NCBI RefSeq assembly: GCF_037042905.1
Contig: NC_087251.1
Location: forward strand, 47,120,001-47,184,000
Source of the DNA: Lytechinus pictus
Taxonomy: Eukaryota
DNA: 64,000 nucleotides
Direction of reading: 5' to 3'
Shown: piece by piece, positions 52,576-64,000 of the stretch
Layout of the letters: each line of letters starts with the position of its first letter
Numbering within the stretch: the first letter of the stretch is position 1
Program-made: the position numbers and the translations under genes
Notes under the pieces: generated by a model
What the model saw: only the letters and a program-made list of their open reading frames with translations
Databases searched by the model: none
What the model was told of the DNA's origin: nothing

Positions 52576-54092
52576 TAAACATAATCAAAATTATTCAATA
52601 GTTGTTTTTAAAGTCAGCACTGCTGCTATATTGAATCTCGTAATTCATGCGACACAGCAAGAGGCGTTCCACTTGTTAGTCTTTAGAGTAGCCCCGAACC
52701 GAATTGCTTTATTGGCGTTTTAGTTCAATTTACATGTATAAGTTTACTTAACATTACTTGTTTATATGTTTCATTTAAGTAGAAATATTAATCAACAATT
52801 GCAAATGAAGTCATGGTAGCAACATAGGGCAATAAATCAGAGAAAAAAATAATGAGGAGCAAAGTATTTCCTCAGTTTTGCCAGTGCTCACAAGACTTGG
52901 CCCACACATCAATTGGTTTTAGAGTGAAATATGCATTGTTGCCATGGTAACTGCACATTGTGATAATAATAAATCGGGGTAAAATCTTGCAAAGCTTCCT
53001 CAGTTTTCCTAATAACCATAAGAACTTGGTACACATGTGAGTGACAACGTGCTCTGTACTATGTTGCCATGGAAATAAAATAAAACAATAAATCAGGGAA
53101 AAATCTTGTGCAAGAAATAACTTTCTCTATTTTTTGCCCAATCCTCACTTAATTGGTACACACATTGGTCTCGGAGTGAAGATGTGCAAGACATATTTGT
53201 TTGTGTATGTCTGGCACTGTGTTACCATGGTAAATTCATATTATGAGCATAATAAATCGAGAATATACCTTGCGGAGCGAACTACTCCCTCAGTTTTTTT
53301 CCCCCAATACTCAGTCATGAGACTTGGAGTGATGATGTGTTGTGTTCTGAGTTGCAATGGAAATGACATACATTAAATGAGTTAAAAATCTTGTGGAGTG
53401 AACTACTTGCACTGTTTCTACCCAATCCTCATTATACTTGGTACACACATTGATCTTGGCGAGAAGATGTGCAAAAAAGATTTTTTTAATGTGTCTGGTA
53501 CTGTGTTGCCATGATAACTGCATATTATGCCAATAATAAATTAGGAAAACTCTTGTGGAGCGAACTGCTTCCTCAGGTTTTGCCCAGTGCTCATGAGACT
53601 TGGTATACCAGTTGGTCTTGGAATTAAGACGTGCATGTCACATGTTTTGCTGGGAACTATGTTGCTATGCGAACAATATATCAGAAATAATAATAATAGG
53701 GATGAATGCTATTTTAATTCATAAATGTTCCTCACAAAATACTCTTGTGAAAGGATATGAGTATAGTAATAAAGATACGAATGAAGTAACTTCTGAAGGT
53801 TTCCATGGCAAAGAAGAACGAGTGTCGAGGTTTTTCACCATGTATTCTTTGTGGGCATGTGTGGTCTTGGATGATGTGATTGAAAAGAAATGTGAATGTT
53901 AGAAAATTGTTCTATGAGTTTATGATTTATCGTGTAAGAGAAATCATGTTTATGAATGTCTTTTCAGTGATGCAGCTCAAGTAGTACTGATTTTTCAGTA
54001 ATTTGTACTGAAAAAAAAAATGAGAAAGATACTGATGGTTTCATGTAAAATAACGATTTCTAAAATTACAGTTTTCTGTGTTGTCCTATATG

Positions 54093-54505
54093 CAGGGTGC
54101 TACATAAGCACTTGCCCGATTGCCCAGGGCAAGTAAAAGTTAGAGTCGGGCAAGTGTTTTGAAGTAAAGACCCAAACTACTTGCCCGAATTGGGAAAGCA
54201 AAATTCTCACAGTGGAATGACCAAAATTAGGGTCGATATTTTTTATATGATATCGACCCTAATTTTGGTCATAGCGGGCAAGATAAAATCACTTTGGAAA
54301 AATACATGCAAAAACAATCAGTTCATGTCAAAAGACAGAAAAGAAGTTCAATGGTTTATAAGACCGCTATACTTTCTTTTGAAGAGGTAAGACTTTTTTT
54401 TCAAGGACTTTTTCGGGCAAATGAAATAGTGAAGTATATTCCAACTATTTAAAAATTTACTTGCCCAACCGGGAAAGTGCTTCTAAAAAGTTATGTAGCA
54501 CCCTG
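54093..54505. mobile_element. hAT-like MITE
   Basis: TIR CAGGGTGCTACATAA / TTATGTAGCACCCTG. Perfect 8-bp TSD CCTATATG (54085-54092, 54506-54513). Confidence 0.92.
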
Positions 54506-54632
54506 CCTATATGGTATTTCTTTGAAAATACTGCTTTCCTACTGATTGTCAGCTTTAAACATAATGAAATGTTCTTTTTCAGGTTGGCAGGTCTGTATAA
54601 TTTTTCCATCACTGTCATGTTATTCTCTGCAG

Positions 54633-54782
54633 ATCCCTGTTTATTCATCCAGAGGTTTGCCCACAAGCTTGAGTTCAGCGACAAGACGGACGTGGTGTGT
54701 GAGACGGCTCTGAGGTTGGTATCCAGGATGAAGCGAGACTGGATTCATATGGGAAGGAGACCATCAGGTTTATGTGGTGCAG
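54633..54782 (+). CDS. BRF1: BRF1 coding exon 6 (cyclin-fold repeat 2)
   Basis: 150 nt, [50 protein letters not shown]. Confidence 0.97.
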
Positions 54783-54981
54783 GTGGGTGAAACTTGGTCT
54801 AATGCAAGGGGAGCATTCCCCTTTGATTTTTTCAAGTAGTGAAGAATAACAAAGGAGAAAAAGACAGAAAAGAGGGAAAAAACAGGAAAGAGAGATGAAA
54901 GACAAGCAAACAGAATCAAACAACATAACAAAAAAATTGAATTGAAATATTAAAGTTGTAAAATATGAAGTTGATGATATA

Positions 54982-55554
54982 TTAAAGGACAAGTCCACCC
55001 CAACAAAAAGTTGACTTGAATAAAAAGAGAAAAATCCAACAACCATAACACTGAAAATTTCATGAAAATCAGTTGTAAAATAAGAAAAATATGACATTTT
55101 TAAGTTTCGCTTAATTTCACGAAACAGTTATATCCACATCCCAGTCGGTATGCAAATGAGGAAGACTGATGACATAATTCGCTCACTATATCTTTTGTAT
55201 TTCATTAAATGAAATATTCTAATTTTCTCCTCATTGTCCTGTGAGAGTACCATTATTTAATATTTTATGGTTCAGTCAAGTTGGCTCTTATTGTTGAATC
55301 TGCAAAAAATTGAAATATTGTATAAGTCAAACAATAAAAAACGTAAGAAATAGTGAGTGAGGGACATCATTGATTCTCTCATTTGCATGTTACTAAATTG
55401 TGCATATAACTATTTTGTGAAAAATAAACGAAATTTAAAATGTCACAACTTTTTTATTTTACATCCGATTTTGATGAAATTTTCAGCATTATGCTTGTCT
55501 GATTTTTCTCTGTTGATTTAAATCAACATTTTTCTGGGGTGGACTTGACCTTTG
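54982..55554. mobile_element. Kolobok-like MITE family A
   Basis: TTAA-AGGACAAGTCCACCCC ... GGGGTGGACTTGACCT-TTGA. Confidence 0.85.
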
Positions 55555-55614
55555 AAATTTCAGGTTTTAGTAGTAGACCTGTTCACTCATATTTTGCTAC
55601 TTCTTTCATTACAG

Positions 55615-55708
55615 CTCTGCTGGTTGCGGCGAGAATGCACAATTTCCACAGGACCCAAAGAGACGTCATCAAAGTGGTCAAAGTCTGTGATGCTACTCTC
55701 AGAAAAAG
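55615..55708 (+). CDS. BRF1: BRF1 coding exon 7
   Basis: 94 nt, [38 protein letters not shown] acceptor and AG|GTGAAT donor. Confidence 0.96.
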
Positions 55709-55851
55709 GTGAATTAAAGGGCAAACAGCACACTGTTTTTCTCTTCTGTCACAGGTGCATCATCATAACTTTCAAGTAAACCACAGAAAAATTACATATT
55801 CAATGATGTTGGGAGTAGATCATGAAAGTAGCGCCCCAAAATACTGGATAC

Positions 55852-56440
55852 TTAAAGGGATGGTCCGGGCTGAAAATATTTATATCTTAATACATAGAGT
55901 ATAATTTACTGAGCAAAATGCCGAAAATTTCATCAAAATCGGATAACAAATAATAAAGTTATTGAAGTTTAAAATTTAGCAATATTTTGTGAAAACAGTC
56001 GTCATGAATATTCATTAGGTGGGCTGATGATGTCACATCCCCACTTTCCGTTTTCTTATGTTATTACATAAAATCATAATTTTTTCATTATTTCATACTT
56101 GTGTGAATAATATGTCTCCTTATAATGAAATAAGTTGCAGCAATAAATATCTAATGCACTAAATCAGTTGTCAATCCAAATTTTCTAGTTCTTGGTGGAA
56201 AAAATTTGAATAAACCTAAATTCATATAATAAAATATAAAAGAACAAGTGGAGATGTGACATCACCAGCACACCTAATGAATATTCATGACGACTGTTTT
56301 CACAAAATATTGCTAAACTTTAAAATTCAATAACTTTGTTATTTGTTATCCGATTTTGATGAAATTTTCGGCATTTTGCTCAGTGAATTCTACTCTATTT
56401 ATTAAGCTATAAACACTTTCAGCCCGGACCATACCTTTAA
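55852..56440. mobile_element. Kolobok-like MITE family B (full length)
   Basis: TTAA-AGGGATGGTCCGGGCTGAAA ... TTTCAGCCCGGACCATACCT-TTAA with ~200-bp TIRs. Confidence 0.9.
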
Positions 56441-56899
56441 TTAGGATGAAAGATTATGAAAAAAATATGACTGATCCACATAATACATTTTAACTGAGAT
56501 TATGACTGTTGGATCAAACTCCTAGAGACTACATTTTATAATCTATAATTCTGAACTTGTAAGATAAATCATATCTACTGACTTTGAGGGGAACATCAAA
56601 TATATTGCCCCCCAACTGAATCATATTGACCGGAGTCTTGAGATGAGGATCAATATGATGCATTTCTGCATATCCTCAGATGCCCCGATTTGAGACCTTG
56701 GACAAGTCAAAGGTATACTTTGTTACGTATCTGCATGCAAACTCAGTACACGCCAAAAGACCAAGTAAAATTAAAATAATATACCCAACTCACTACCAAT
56801 ATTCATGAAGACTAGCTAGGCAATACGGTTTTGTAAAGGACCAGCTCAGTTGTCTTGTACGGATAATAATGAATCATCTTCTTAATCTTTTTTCTGAAG

Positions 56900-57026
56900 G
56901 TTATCTGAATTTGAAGAGACACCGTCTGGCAAGTTGACCATCGATGAGTTTCATAAGATTGATCTAGAGGAAGAGCAAGATCCGCCGTCATTCAAAAGAG
57001 GAAGAAGAAATGCTAAACTTGCCCAG
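56900..57026 (+). CDS. BRF1: BRF1 coding exon 8
   Basis: 127 nt, [43 protein letters not shown] (conserved DPPSF, homology block I). Confidence 0.96.
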
Positions 57027-57814
57027 GTTTGTACTTTTCAACCATGGAAAAAAAATTACACGGGGGCTCGGGCGATTTCACCCTTGAAAGGCTCAAAAGA
57101 GCCGTGGAAATTCCCCAATTCTCTGCAATGTTAAAGCTTCTCCAATGTATCACATTTAGGCAATAGGATGTGAAAAGTAGCCCCCCTTAAATTAAAACAA
57201 AATAAAATTTTCCTGCTTTCAACATCATTAATCATTATAGTTCACCCTTATCTTACATAAAGGTTTGTTTTAATAAAAGCAATAAAAACATAAGAAATTT
57301 ATTGGCGAAGTTTTGGCAAAAATCCGTTGAAGAATAACAAAGTCTTGGATTTTTAAAGTGTTGATTTATGTGATGGCACAAGCGAGTAGCTGCCCGATCT
57401 GTATCCATTTGCTATTCTTGGTAAGGATACAAATTTTTAAATATACACTTTCTGTATATTATTATAATATAAATAAGGAACAAGGATATTTTACTTCTTC
57501 GATAGTGATAAGGGCTTGAGTGGTAGTCATCTACTTTCAATTACAAACTAATGATACCACAAACAATCTTTCATTTATGAATATTTAACCATAAAGAAAT
57601 ATCAAGGCGTTTGACATTCATATCAGTAAACTGCCTTGATCTGCACCGGAGTTGGATTTATGTCAAATTCAAATTTTCTGAAATGTGAAAAATATTAATA
57701 TGTTCTCATATTATAATTGTATTTATGTTTATTTATGCAGTTTTTTTGCAATGTAAAAATATATGAATGTCTTCTCAGTATCATATAAATTATATTTCTG
57801 ACATTGTATCATAG

Positions 57815-57911
57815 TTAGAAGAGCTTAGCAAGAAACAGGTGCTTGAATTAGAAGGAGAGATTACAACCATACAGAATGAAATTGAAAGTGCTCTTCATAA
57901 AAAACCAACAG
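57815..57911 (+). CDS. BRF1: BRF1 coding exon 9
   Basis: TAG|TTA..ACA G|GTGAGT, 97 nt, LEELSKKQVLELEGEITTIQNEIESALHKKPT. Phases fit the neighbouring exons. Confidence 0.88.
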
Positions 57912-57987
57912 GTGAGTCAGTATTACTCAAGTTATGGTATCTTTGATGCGTCCAAATTTTGAAAAAAGTAGTCTGCATTTGAAACTG

Positions 57988-58235
57988 TTCCCGGTCTAGT
58001 GGTTATGACTCTCGTCTTTCAATCTGTGGGACATGGGTTCGGTTTCAAGCCATGGCGTGTTTTCCTTCATGAAGAAATTCATCCACACTGTGCTGCCCTC
58101 AGTTCAGGCGAGGTACATGGGTACCCGGCAGGATTAATTCTTTGAGTGCAATGAGCATCGGAACTAAGCATCAGCGAGAGCTTAAGCCAAGATAATAATA
58201 GTTGCGATTTTTGTCTTCTGGAAAATGTGCTATAT
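57988..58235 (+). mobile_element. Degenerate tRNA-derived SINE (same type as 19234-19512)
   Basis: GGTCTAGTGGTTATGACTCTCG..GGGTTCG head. Central ATCCACACTGTG..ATGGGTACC domain shared with the copy at 19234. Confidence 0.7.
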
Positions 58236-58240
58236 ATATA

Positions 58241-58616
58241 TCTTCTTCTTCAAGCTACACTGCCTCCTTCAATCCTGAAGATTCTTGCAGTATTGTAGTA
58301 CCGGGGACCGGCAGGTGCAATACACCGGGTGAACACCCTACTCTTTGACGAATAGTGTATTGGTTTTAACGTGCATAGGTTGTGACTCTCCTATACACGG
58401 GACCAACATTTGCGTCCTTTCTGATGGACGGAGTGTTTTCCAACTGCATTCACACCCGCACTGAACACAGCGGTGAGGCACGTTAACACACAACGCTAGC
58501 ATCAGTTTTTTTGTTAGACGTCTTCCGGCATGCTGCGGGACTCGAACCCACGCACGTTGAGATCTACAATCTTATCCGGAACAGGCGCTCTAACCGACTG
58601 AGCTACACTGCCTCCC
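58241..58616 (-). mobile_element. tRNA-headed SINE with Deu-like central domain and (GAA)n tail
   Basis: A box TAGCTCAGTCGG and B box GGTTCGAGTCC are intact. Central CCGTCCATCAGAAAGGACG..CACGTTAAAACC..CACTATTCGTCAAAGAGTAGGGTGTTCACCCGGTG resembles the DeuSINE domain as recalled. Tail GAAGAAGAAGA. Confidence 0.8.
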
Positions 58617-59058
58617 TATCCAGCTATTGTTATCATTATTGTTAGTACTACGTTTATAATGTGTGTGGATTACTCATCAATCTTTGAAACTTACAAATTT
58701 TGATAAAGTCCAAAGTTTTTGCATTTAATGATTTAACACATACTTCACTATTAAACTCAACAGGGAAAAATCCTGTAACAATATCAATCTTCTCTCATTG
58801 AAATATTATATGATTTGTGGAGGAAAAAGTGAATAAAGCCTTTCTTTGAAAAGAAAAAAAAGTATTTCAATTTTCTTTAAAACAAGGGTGCTTTGATTTC
58901 TCTAAAATTTGAAAGGGGTTTTTATGTGTGCCACAATAAAAATGATAATTACCAGTAACTTGAAACCGAGATATAATGGAAACACTGAAAATAAGATTCT
59001 TCAAAACCTTGAAGGGATTTTTTTGGGGGGGATTTGTTAATGTTTTGTAAAATTCTAT

Positions 59059-59472
59059 GGCTCGAATTCACAAAGGTGGTTTTGAAAATCCACGGTTGAA
59101 TCCATGGTTTATGCAGATTTCCTGTATAGATTACGCTTAATTTGTCGCGTATCGGGCGCATGTATAACAAATTCCAATGCTGATGCGCGCTTTTGTCACA
59201 GTGCGCCAAATTGATGCCTGTTACCATGGTTAGATACGCTATTTTATTCATAAGTCCACTGTGGACTCATTAGTTAAAAACAGTGGACTCATGAATAAAA
59301 TAGCATGGATAACCATGGCAACAGGCGTTAATTTGGCGTACTGCGACAAAGCGCGCATCAGCATAGGACATTTTTTAATATACGCGGTAAAATAAGCGTA
59401 ATTTATACAGGAAATCTGCAAAAACCATGGACTCAACCGTGGGTTTTCAAAACCACCTTTGTGAAGACAGGC
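59059..59472. mobile_element. Fold-back MITE (Harbinger-like)
   Basis: TTCACAAAGGTGGTTTTGAAAA.CCACGGTTGA ... TCAACCGTGGGTTTTCAAAACCACCTTTGTGAA, ~190-bp imperfect arms. Confidence 0.85.
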
Positions 59473-60025
59473 TTATGATTCTGGAAAAAGGAAGATATAT
59501 GGTATGGTCATTGCAAAGATTCCAAGAATGACAGGAAATAGTGAAAGTGATAAACCTTGGTTTCAGGAGGATACACAGGAAGAGATTAACCTTCGGTTAT
59601 TGCTTTGCTTAAAGCAAAGAACCTGTCGCTGCGGCAAACAATGATTTTATTAGAAAGTCTTTAAATATAGGTTTATTGTCATCATATGATCATAGATCTA
59701 AATCTGGCTCATTCGCATAAATCTAACTTTTTGAAATCATAACATTTAAGATGAAACTAATCACATCAAAGTGCCCCAACACAGATAAGTACATATGGGA
59801 CTATGAAGTTTTACTGCTAGAAAAAAAGATCAAATTAGTTGGAATGTTATGCTTATTTTGTCCATTTCTCAGCAATCACATATTTTCTACCAAAATCTTT
59901 TGGCACATATTTTTATTCACATATATATATATGAAGAATTTGATGGCCATTTTATTGGATTCTGTTTGAAACCATTTATAGGTAGTAATCACGACAGGTA
60001 TTTATCTTTAATACAGATTCATTTA

Positions 60026-60528
60026 TATGCTTTTCACACTGCACTTTTTTTCCTTAATCCCGGGAAATTGGTGGGGCTAAGGGGGGTCTTAGCCCCACCA
60101 ATTTCCCGGGGTTAAGCTTAGCCCTCTTCGTTTTCACACTACCTTTTAACAAAGTGGGCTAGCACGGTAAATAGTACGGTACTATCTGGCCCTGCAAAAA
60201 AGCAGGGTTAACCGGCTTATTGTGGTGCTAGCACCACAATTGCGGTGCTAAGAGAATGCAGTGTGAAAACGAACAGGGCTAAGGAAAGTGGGGCTAAGCA
60301 TTTAGCCAATCACGGAAGTCGAATTGCACGTTAATCACGCTCTGTATGGTAAAATCATCAATATTCATGAGCTGAGGGATAGTCCGGGGTTAATGCATTA
60401 TCCCCGGCTGAGCAGATAGTATGGGGTTAAGAAAGACAGTGTGAATCGAAAAAAAGATAGTATGGGGTTAAGGATAGTCCGGGGTTAAGGATAGTATGGG
60501 GTTAAGGAAATGCAGTGTGAAAAGCATA
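60026..60528. mobile_element. PIF/Harbinger-like MITE related to 31842-32396
   Basis: TIR TATGCTTTTCACACTGCA / TGCAGTGTGAAAAGCATA, 3-bp TSD TTA on both sides, shared GATAGT..GGGGTTAAG repeats. Confidence 0.88.
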
Positions 60529-61245
60529 TTAGTGACATGAGAAACAAGGTATAATATTTGGTTTGGCAATGAAAGCTTTGGTAGTCACATCATTTCCCAT
60601 GATTTGTTCTCTGTTTAATGTACTTGATCTTTTTTGCAAAATTTTCCCTACAACCTAATCTGACAAATAGGAATGTTAATAACTTATGACATATATAACT
60701 ATTGAAAAATACTTGTAGGTCATTGATGTATCAGATTTTCTGGCTGATAGATTAGTAAGACTTTTTGTGGAGATTAAGTTTTGGGTATGAAAAATAAAGT
60801 ATATTTACTTTTATTTGTATATTGATTTGCATCAATAATAGCTCCATGTTTTCATCCATTAAAAAATATGTTTATAATAATATTGATAATATTATAGATT
60901 ATTTTTATTGTATCCACCTTATTAGGGCGCCAAGGCGCCCCTATGTTACTCCGGCTAAGCTCGGCTACCACTTTCGGTGCTCACATCTTTTTTTAGGAAT
61001 TCTTTCCAGTTACCTCACCTAGGTTGAGTGTAGCTTAATTTGGATAATATATGTAATTATATTCTTTGTCAAATTGATGATGGAAAACATTCAGAATTCA
61101 ATTTCCACTTTATATTTTCATGTAATAATACATGTATATCATATCTGATTCTCAGTCTCATTGGCTAAGACCGTAAATTGTCCAGATGAACTCATTATTC
61201 GTATTTGCATCTTTATTCCAACCCTCTCCCTCAAATCATTTCCAG

Positions 61246-61776
61246 ATGCGGCATCATCGTTAGGAAGTATACCCGAAGATAACCAGAGCAATGCCGATGA
61301 TGTTGAACAGGCAGAAAACGTTGAACTTCTGAAACGCTTGGAAGATGACAGCGTGAGACCTCTGGTGGAAGAGGAAGTTAGGTCGCATAAACAGTCGCAG
61401 GTTGCGAGTGAAAAAACTGAAAATGGAGACTGTGCATCGACATCAAAAAGTGATGGGAATAAAGGTGTTGATACTGGAGGTGGAGGGGAACCAGGAGGGG
61501 GAGAAGGTGGAGGTGAAGCAGGAGGGGGAGATGGTGGAGGTGAAGCACCAGGAGGAGGAGGAGAGGGTAAAGTAGGAGATGGAGAAAGTGGAGCAGGGGC
61601 AGGTGCAGTGGGTGACAGTACTTTAAAAGAGAAATCCTTACCCACAGACAATGTTATCGATACCCTGCTTGGTGAACCAACTGTATGGAGCAGTGGAGAC
61701 AAGGGGCTGAGACCGTCGGCGTTATCGTTAGGACTGGAAAGCATCATCAAAGAGGCTGCCATTCCAGAAGAAAAAA
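61246..61776 (+). CDS. BRF1: BRF1 coding exon 10 (acidic, Gly-rich linker)
   Basis: TTTCCAG|AT..AAA A|GTATGT, 531 nt open, phase 1-1. Ends with LRPSALSLGLESIIKE, resembling the conserved (L)P(T/S)xxSLG motif. Confidence 0.85.
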
Positions 61777-62144
61777 GTATGTTTTGTCCACTGCTGGATT
61801 TATTAATGTTAATTTGGAAAAATTGAATGAACTTGGATTCAGCAAATTAGTCCATAAACTTGATACTTCGGATTTCAGGACACAGAAATGTCATTTCATG
61901 TTGATTTGATCAAAAAGTTCTTTCTCTACCAATGTTTTTCAAAAGAATGTTGTGTTTCATGTTTTGCTTACAATGGCACAATTTGTTTTTCAGTTTCATG
62001 TATGTTATTTTTGTTTTTTATGAATGTGTGAAGAAGATTATTTACAGTATTTCATTTATATGTTTAATTTTTAAATCTACAATTCTAACCATATTTCCCT
62101 CTTTCCTCATGCATACAAACCTGTAGGTGTTATGTGTCTATTAA

Positions 62145-62306
62145 CAGGGGTGTGAGAGTTCAGATTTTTTTGTTTTGATTTTCAGCTTAATTTCAGCTTA
62201 TTTTTGGCCTTCCTCTGTACAAAAAGTATGGGAGCTCTTTCTATTTCAGATTTTTTCAACACTTCAGCTTTTTTCAGATCTTTTTATTTGTGACCACTCA
62301 CACCCC
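62145..62306. mobile_element. Short hAT-like MITE
   Basis: CAGGGGTGTGAG ... CTCACACCCC flanked by TCTATTAA on both sides. Confidence 0.75.
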
Positions 62307-62365
62307 TCTATTAAGAGCTGTACTACAGGGGTGATAGTATTATTATTATACACAATTATCAAAGC

Positions 62366-63059
62366 TTAACCTAAAAAGGACTGGGGGGGGCGTGATGGCC
62401 CCCCTCAACTCTTCACGCGATATTTCCGAAACGCAAAGAGATAGTGTGGCAAAAGTCTCGCGCAACTTTTGAGAACAAAATCGCGACATATGGGTATAGC
62501 ATCGCGACTCCACGTGACTTTTACGAGACAATGTCGTGCAGAAAATGGCTCATTTTTATACTTTGTGTACAAAGTCTGTGGGAGATGAAATTCATAAAAG
62601 GGTGATTATTTTTTATTCTAATTGTTCTGCTTAATTAATTTAGGGTTCAATTTAGTTGTTAAATGGTCTGTAATAATTTCCATTGAAAAAAAACAATGAA
62701 AAACAAAAGATGAAAAAACAATGAAATACATAAGGAAAACAAAATTGACTTTTGTAATTTTTCTTTATGTAAACCTTCAAATTAGATTACAAGGATGACA
62801 TCTGGAAAAAAAGAAGAAAATTTAAAGTGAAATTGGGTGTTAAATATGCAAATAATGATTTTCATGAATAAATTTGCATATTTTATTCATAATGAATAAA
62901 AACTAATTTTTTCCGAGTTTTTTTTTATACTGGCCTGTAGTTTATGTGGTAAAGAATGTGTATGCCAAATTTTGACGCAATCGCACAAATGGCGGCTGAG
63001 ATCAGAAGGGCCCCCCCATCCTCAATACATCTAAAATAGCCCGGTCCTTTTAGGGTTAA
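62366..63059. mobile_element. piggyBac-like MITE
   Basis: TTAA-CCTAAAAAGGAC ... GTCCTTTTAGGG-TTAA. Confidence 0.8.
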
Positions 63060-63499
63060 TTATTATGATGTGTAGTCATATAGGTGCATTAAGTAAAATC
63101 ATATCAGTTGGATAGAATTTCCAAGGTTACCATTCTTGAAATCCCTGATTTTAAGTAAGTGTAGCCAGATGTGACAAATCTACCAACGCTTTTTTTATCA
63201 TTCTACATTCACAGTCCTTCGTATCACATGCTTTGAGAATCAAGAAATATATTTTAATTTTAATACCCAGACTGAGTTTTAGAAGTAGAGTACCAAAAAA
63301 TGATGATAAATCAGTCATCTTTGGCCTGTTCCGCGAAGAACTTATGAAGAACTTGAGCATTGCATGATAGTTAACAACGTGGCAAAGGCTTTGTCACTCT
63401 ACTGTTCAATAGATGTTTGTGTCATTTGTGACTTCTAATGATCATGTAATTTGTCGACATGTAAACCAGAACCTATTTCTTTTCTCGTTATATTGAAAG

Positions 63500-63561
63500 G
63501 TCCTGAGAATGATGATGGAGAGCTGGATTTGACAGGGATAAATGATAGGGAAATAGATGCA
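63500..63561 (+). CDS. BRF1: BRF1 coding exon 11 (start of homology block II, TBP-binding); gene continues beyond window
   Basis: AAG|GT..GCA|GTAAGT, 62 nt, SPENDDGELDLTGINDREIDA (conserved DGELDL.GI.D.EID). Confidence 0.93.
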
Positions 63562-64000
63562 GTAAGTAATCATTTATCTTAGTAAATCTCTTCTGAAGTT
63601 AGTCATGTATACCCTTGGGTGTTAGATTACAATGTTGGATATTTGAATGAAGCTCACTCTGAATAACGAAGAGCATACATCCATTACAGATAAACATTTA
63701 ATAAAGTGAAACTTTTTCTGTCGTAAAGTGGATGCATGTATTACAAGTACTTTATTTTTCATGTTCATCATGAACGATTGAGTCATCTAAATTTAATCAT
63801 GCATATGTTTTATAAAAGCTCAACAAAAGTAATGACACATTAATGTATCTGTGTACTAGAGAAAAATGTTACTTCTATTATGTTCTATTGGAGTGAATGT
63901 CTGGGCCCATTTCAGGGAAATTGTCAGCACTGACAGTTTGTCATTATCTGACAGTTACCATAGTAACAATCAGATAAATATTGATGGAATGCCACCGATT

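Noticed and set aside
58528-58616. Possible tRNA gene on the - strand
   Set aside because: A and B boxes are present, but the acceptor and anticodon arms are irregular and the sequence continues into a SINE body and tail.
61139-61762. 207-aa Pro-rich - strand ORF
   Set aside because: Antisense shadow of BRF1 exon 10.

Overview
Eukaryotic, AT-rich, intron-rich genomic DNA. The repeat landscape (TTAA-flanked MITEs, Deu-domain and tRNA-headed SINEs) suggests a marine invertebrate deuterostome, probably a sea urchin; this assignment is inference. The main gene is BRF1 (TFIIIB 90 kDa subunit) on the + strand. Eleven coding exons can be read from 17482 to 63561 with consistent splice phases, and the gene continues past the window end. 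BRF1 intron 3 (19170-20853) is a U12-type minor intron. It contains a tRNA-derived SINE and a perfect 553-bp palindrome centred on a Penelope-type hammerhead ribozyme core. BRF1 intron 5 (31 kb) hosts a complete antisense BTB-BACK-PHR gene (BTBD6/BTBD3 family, 538 aa), the same nested arrangement recalled for vertebrates, and an Asp/Cys-rich in-frame minisatellite. The first 6.1 kb is a 30-bp minisatellite that continues a frameshifted Glu/Gln-rich reading frame on the - strand. It is followed by an assembly gap and a 5'-truncated non-LTR retrotransposon. Introns carry many non-autonomous DNA transposons (Kolobok-, Harbinger-, hAT-, piggyBac-, CACTA- and Tc1-like), several of them nested.
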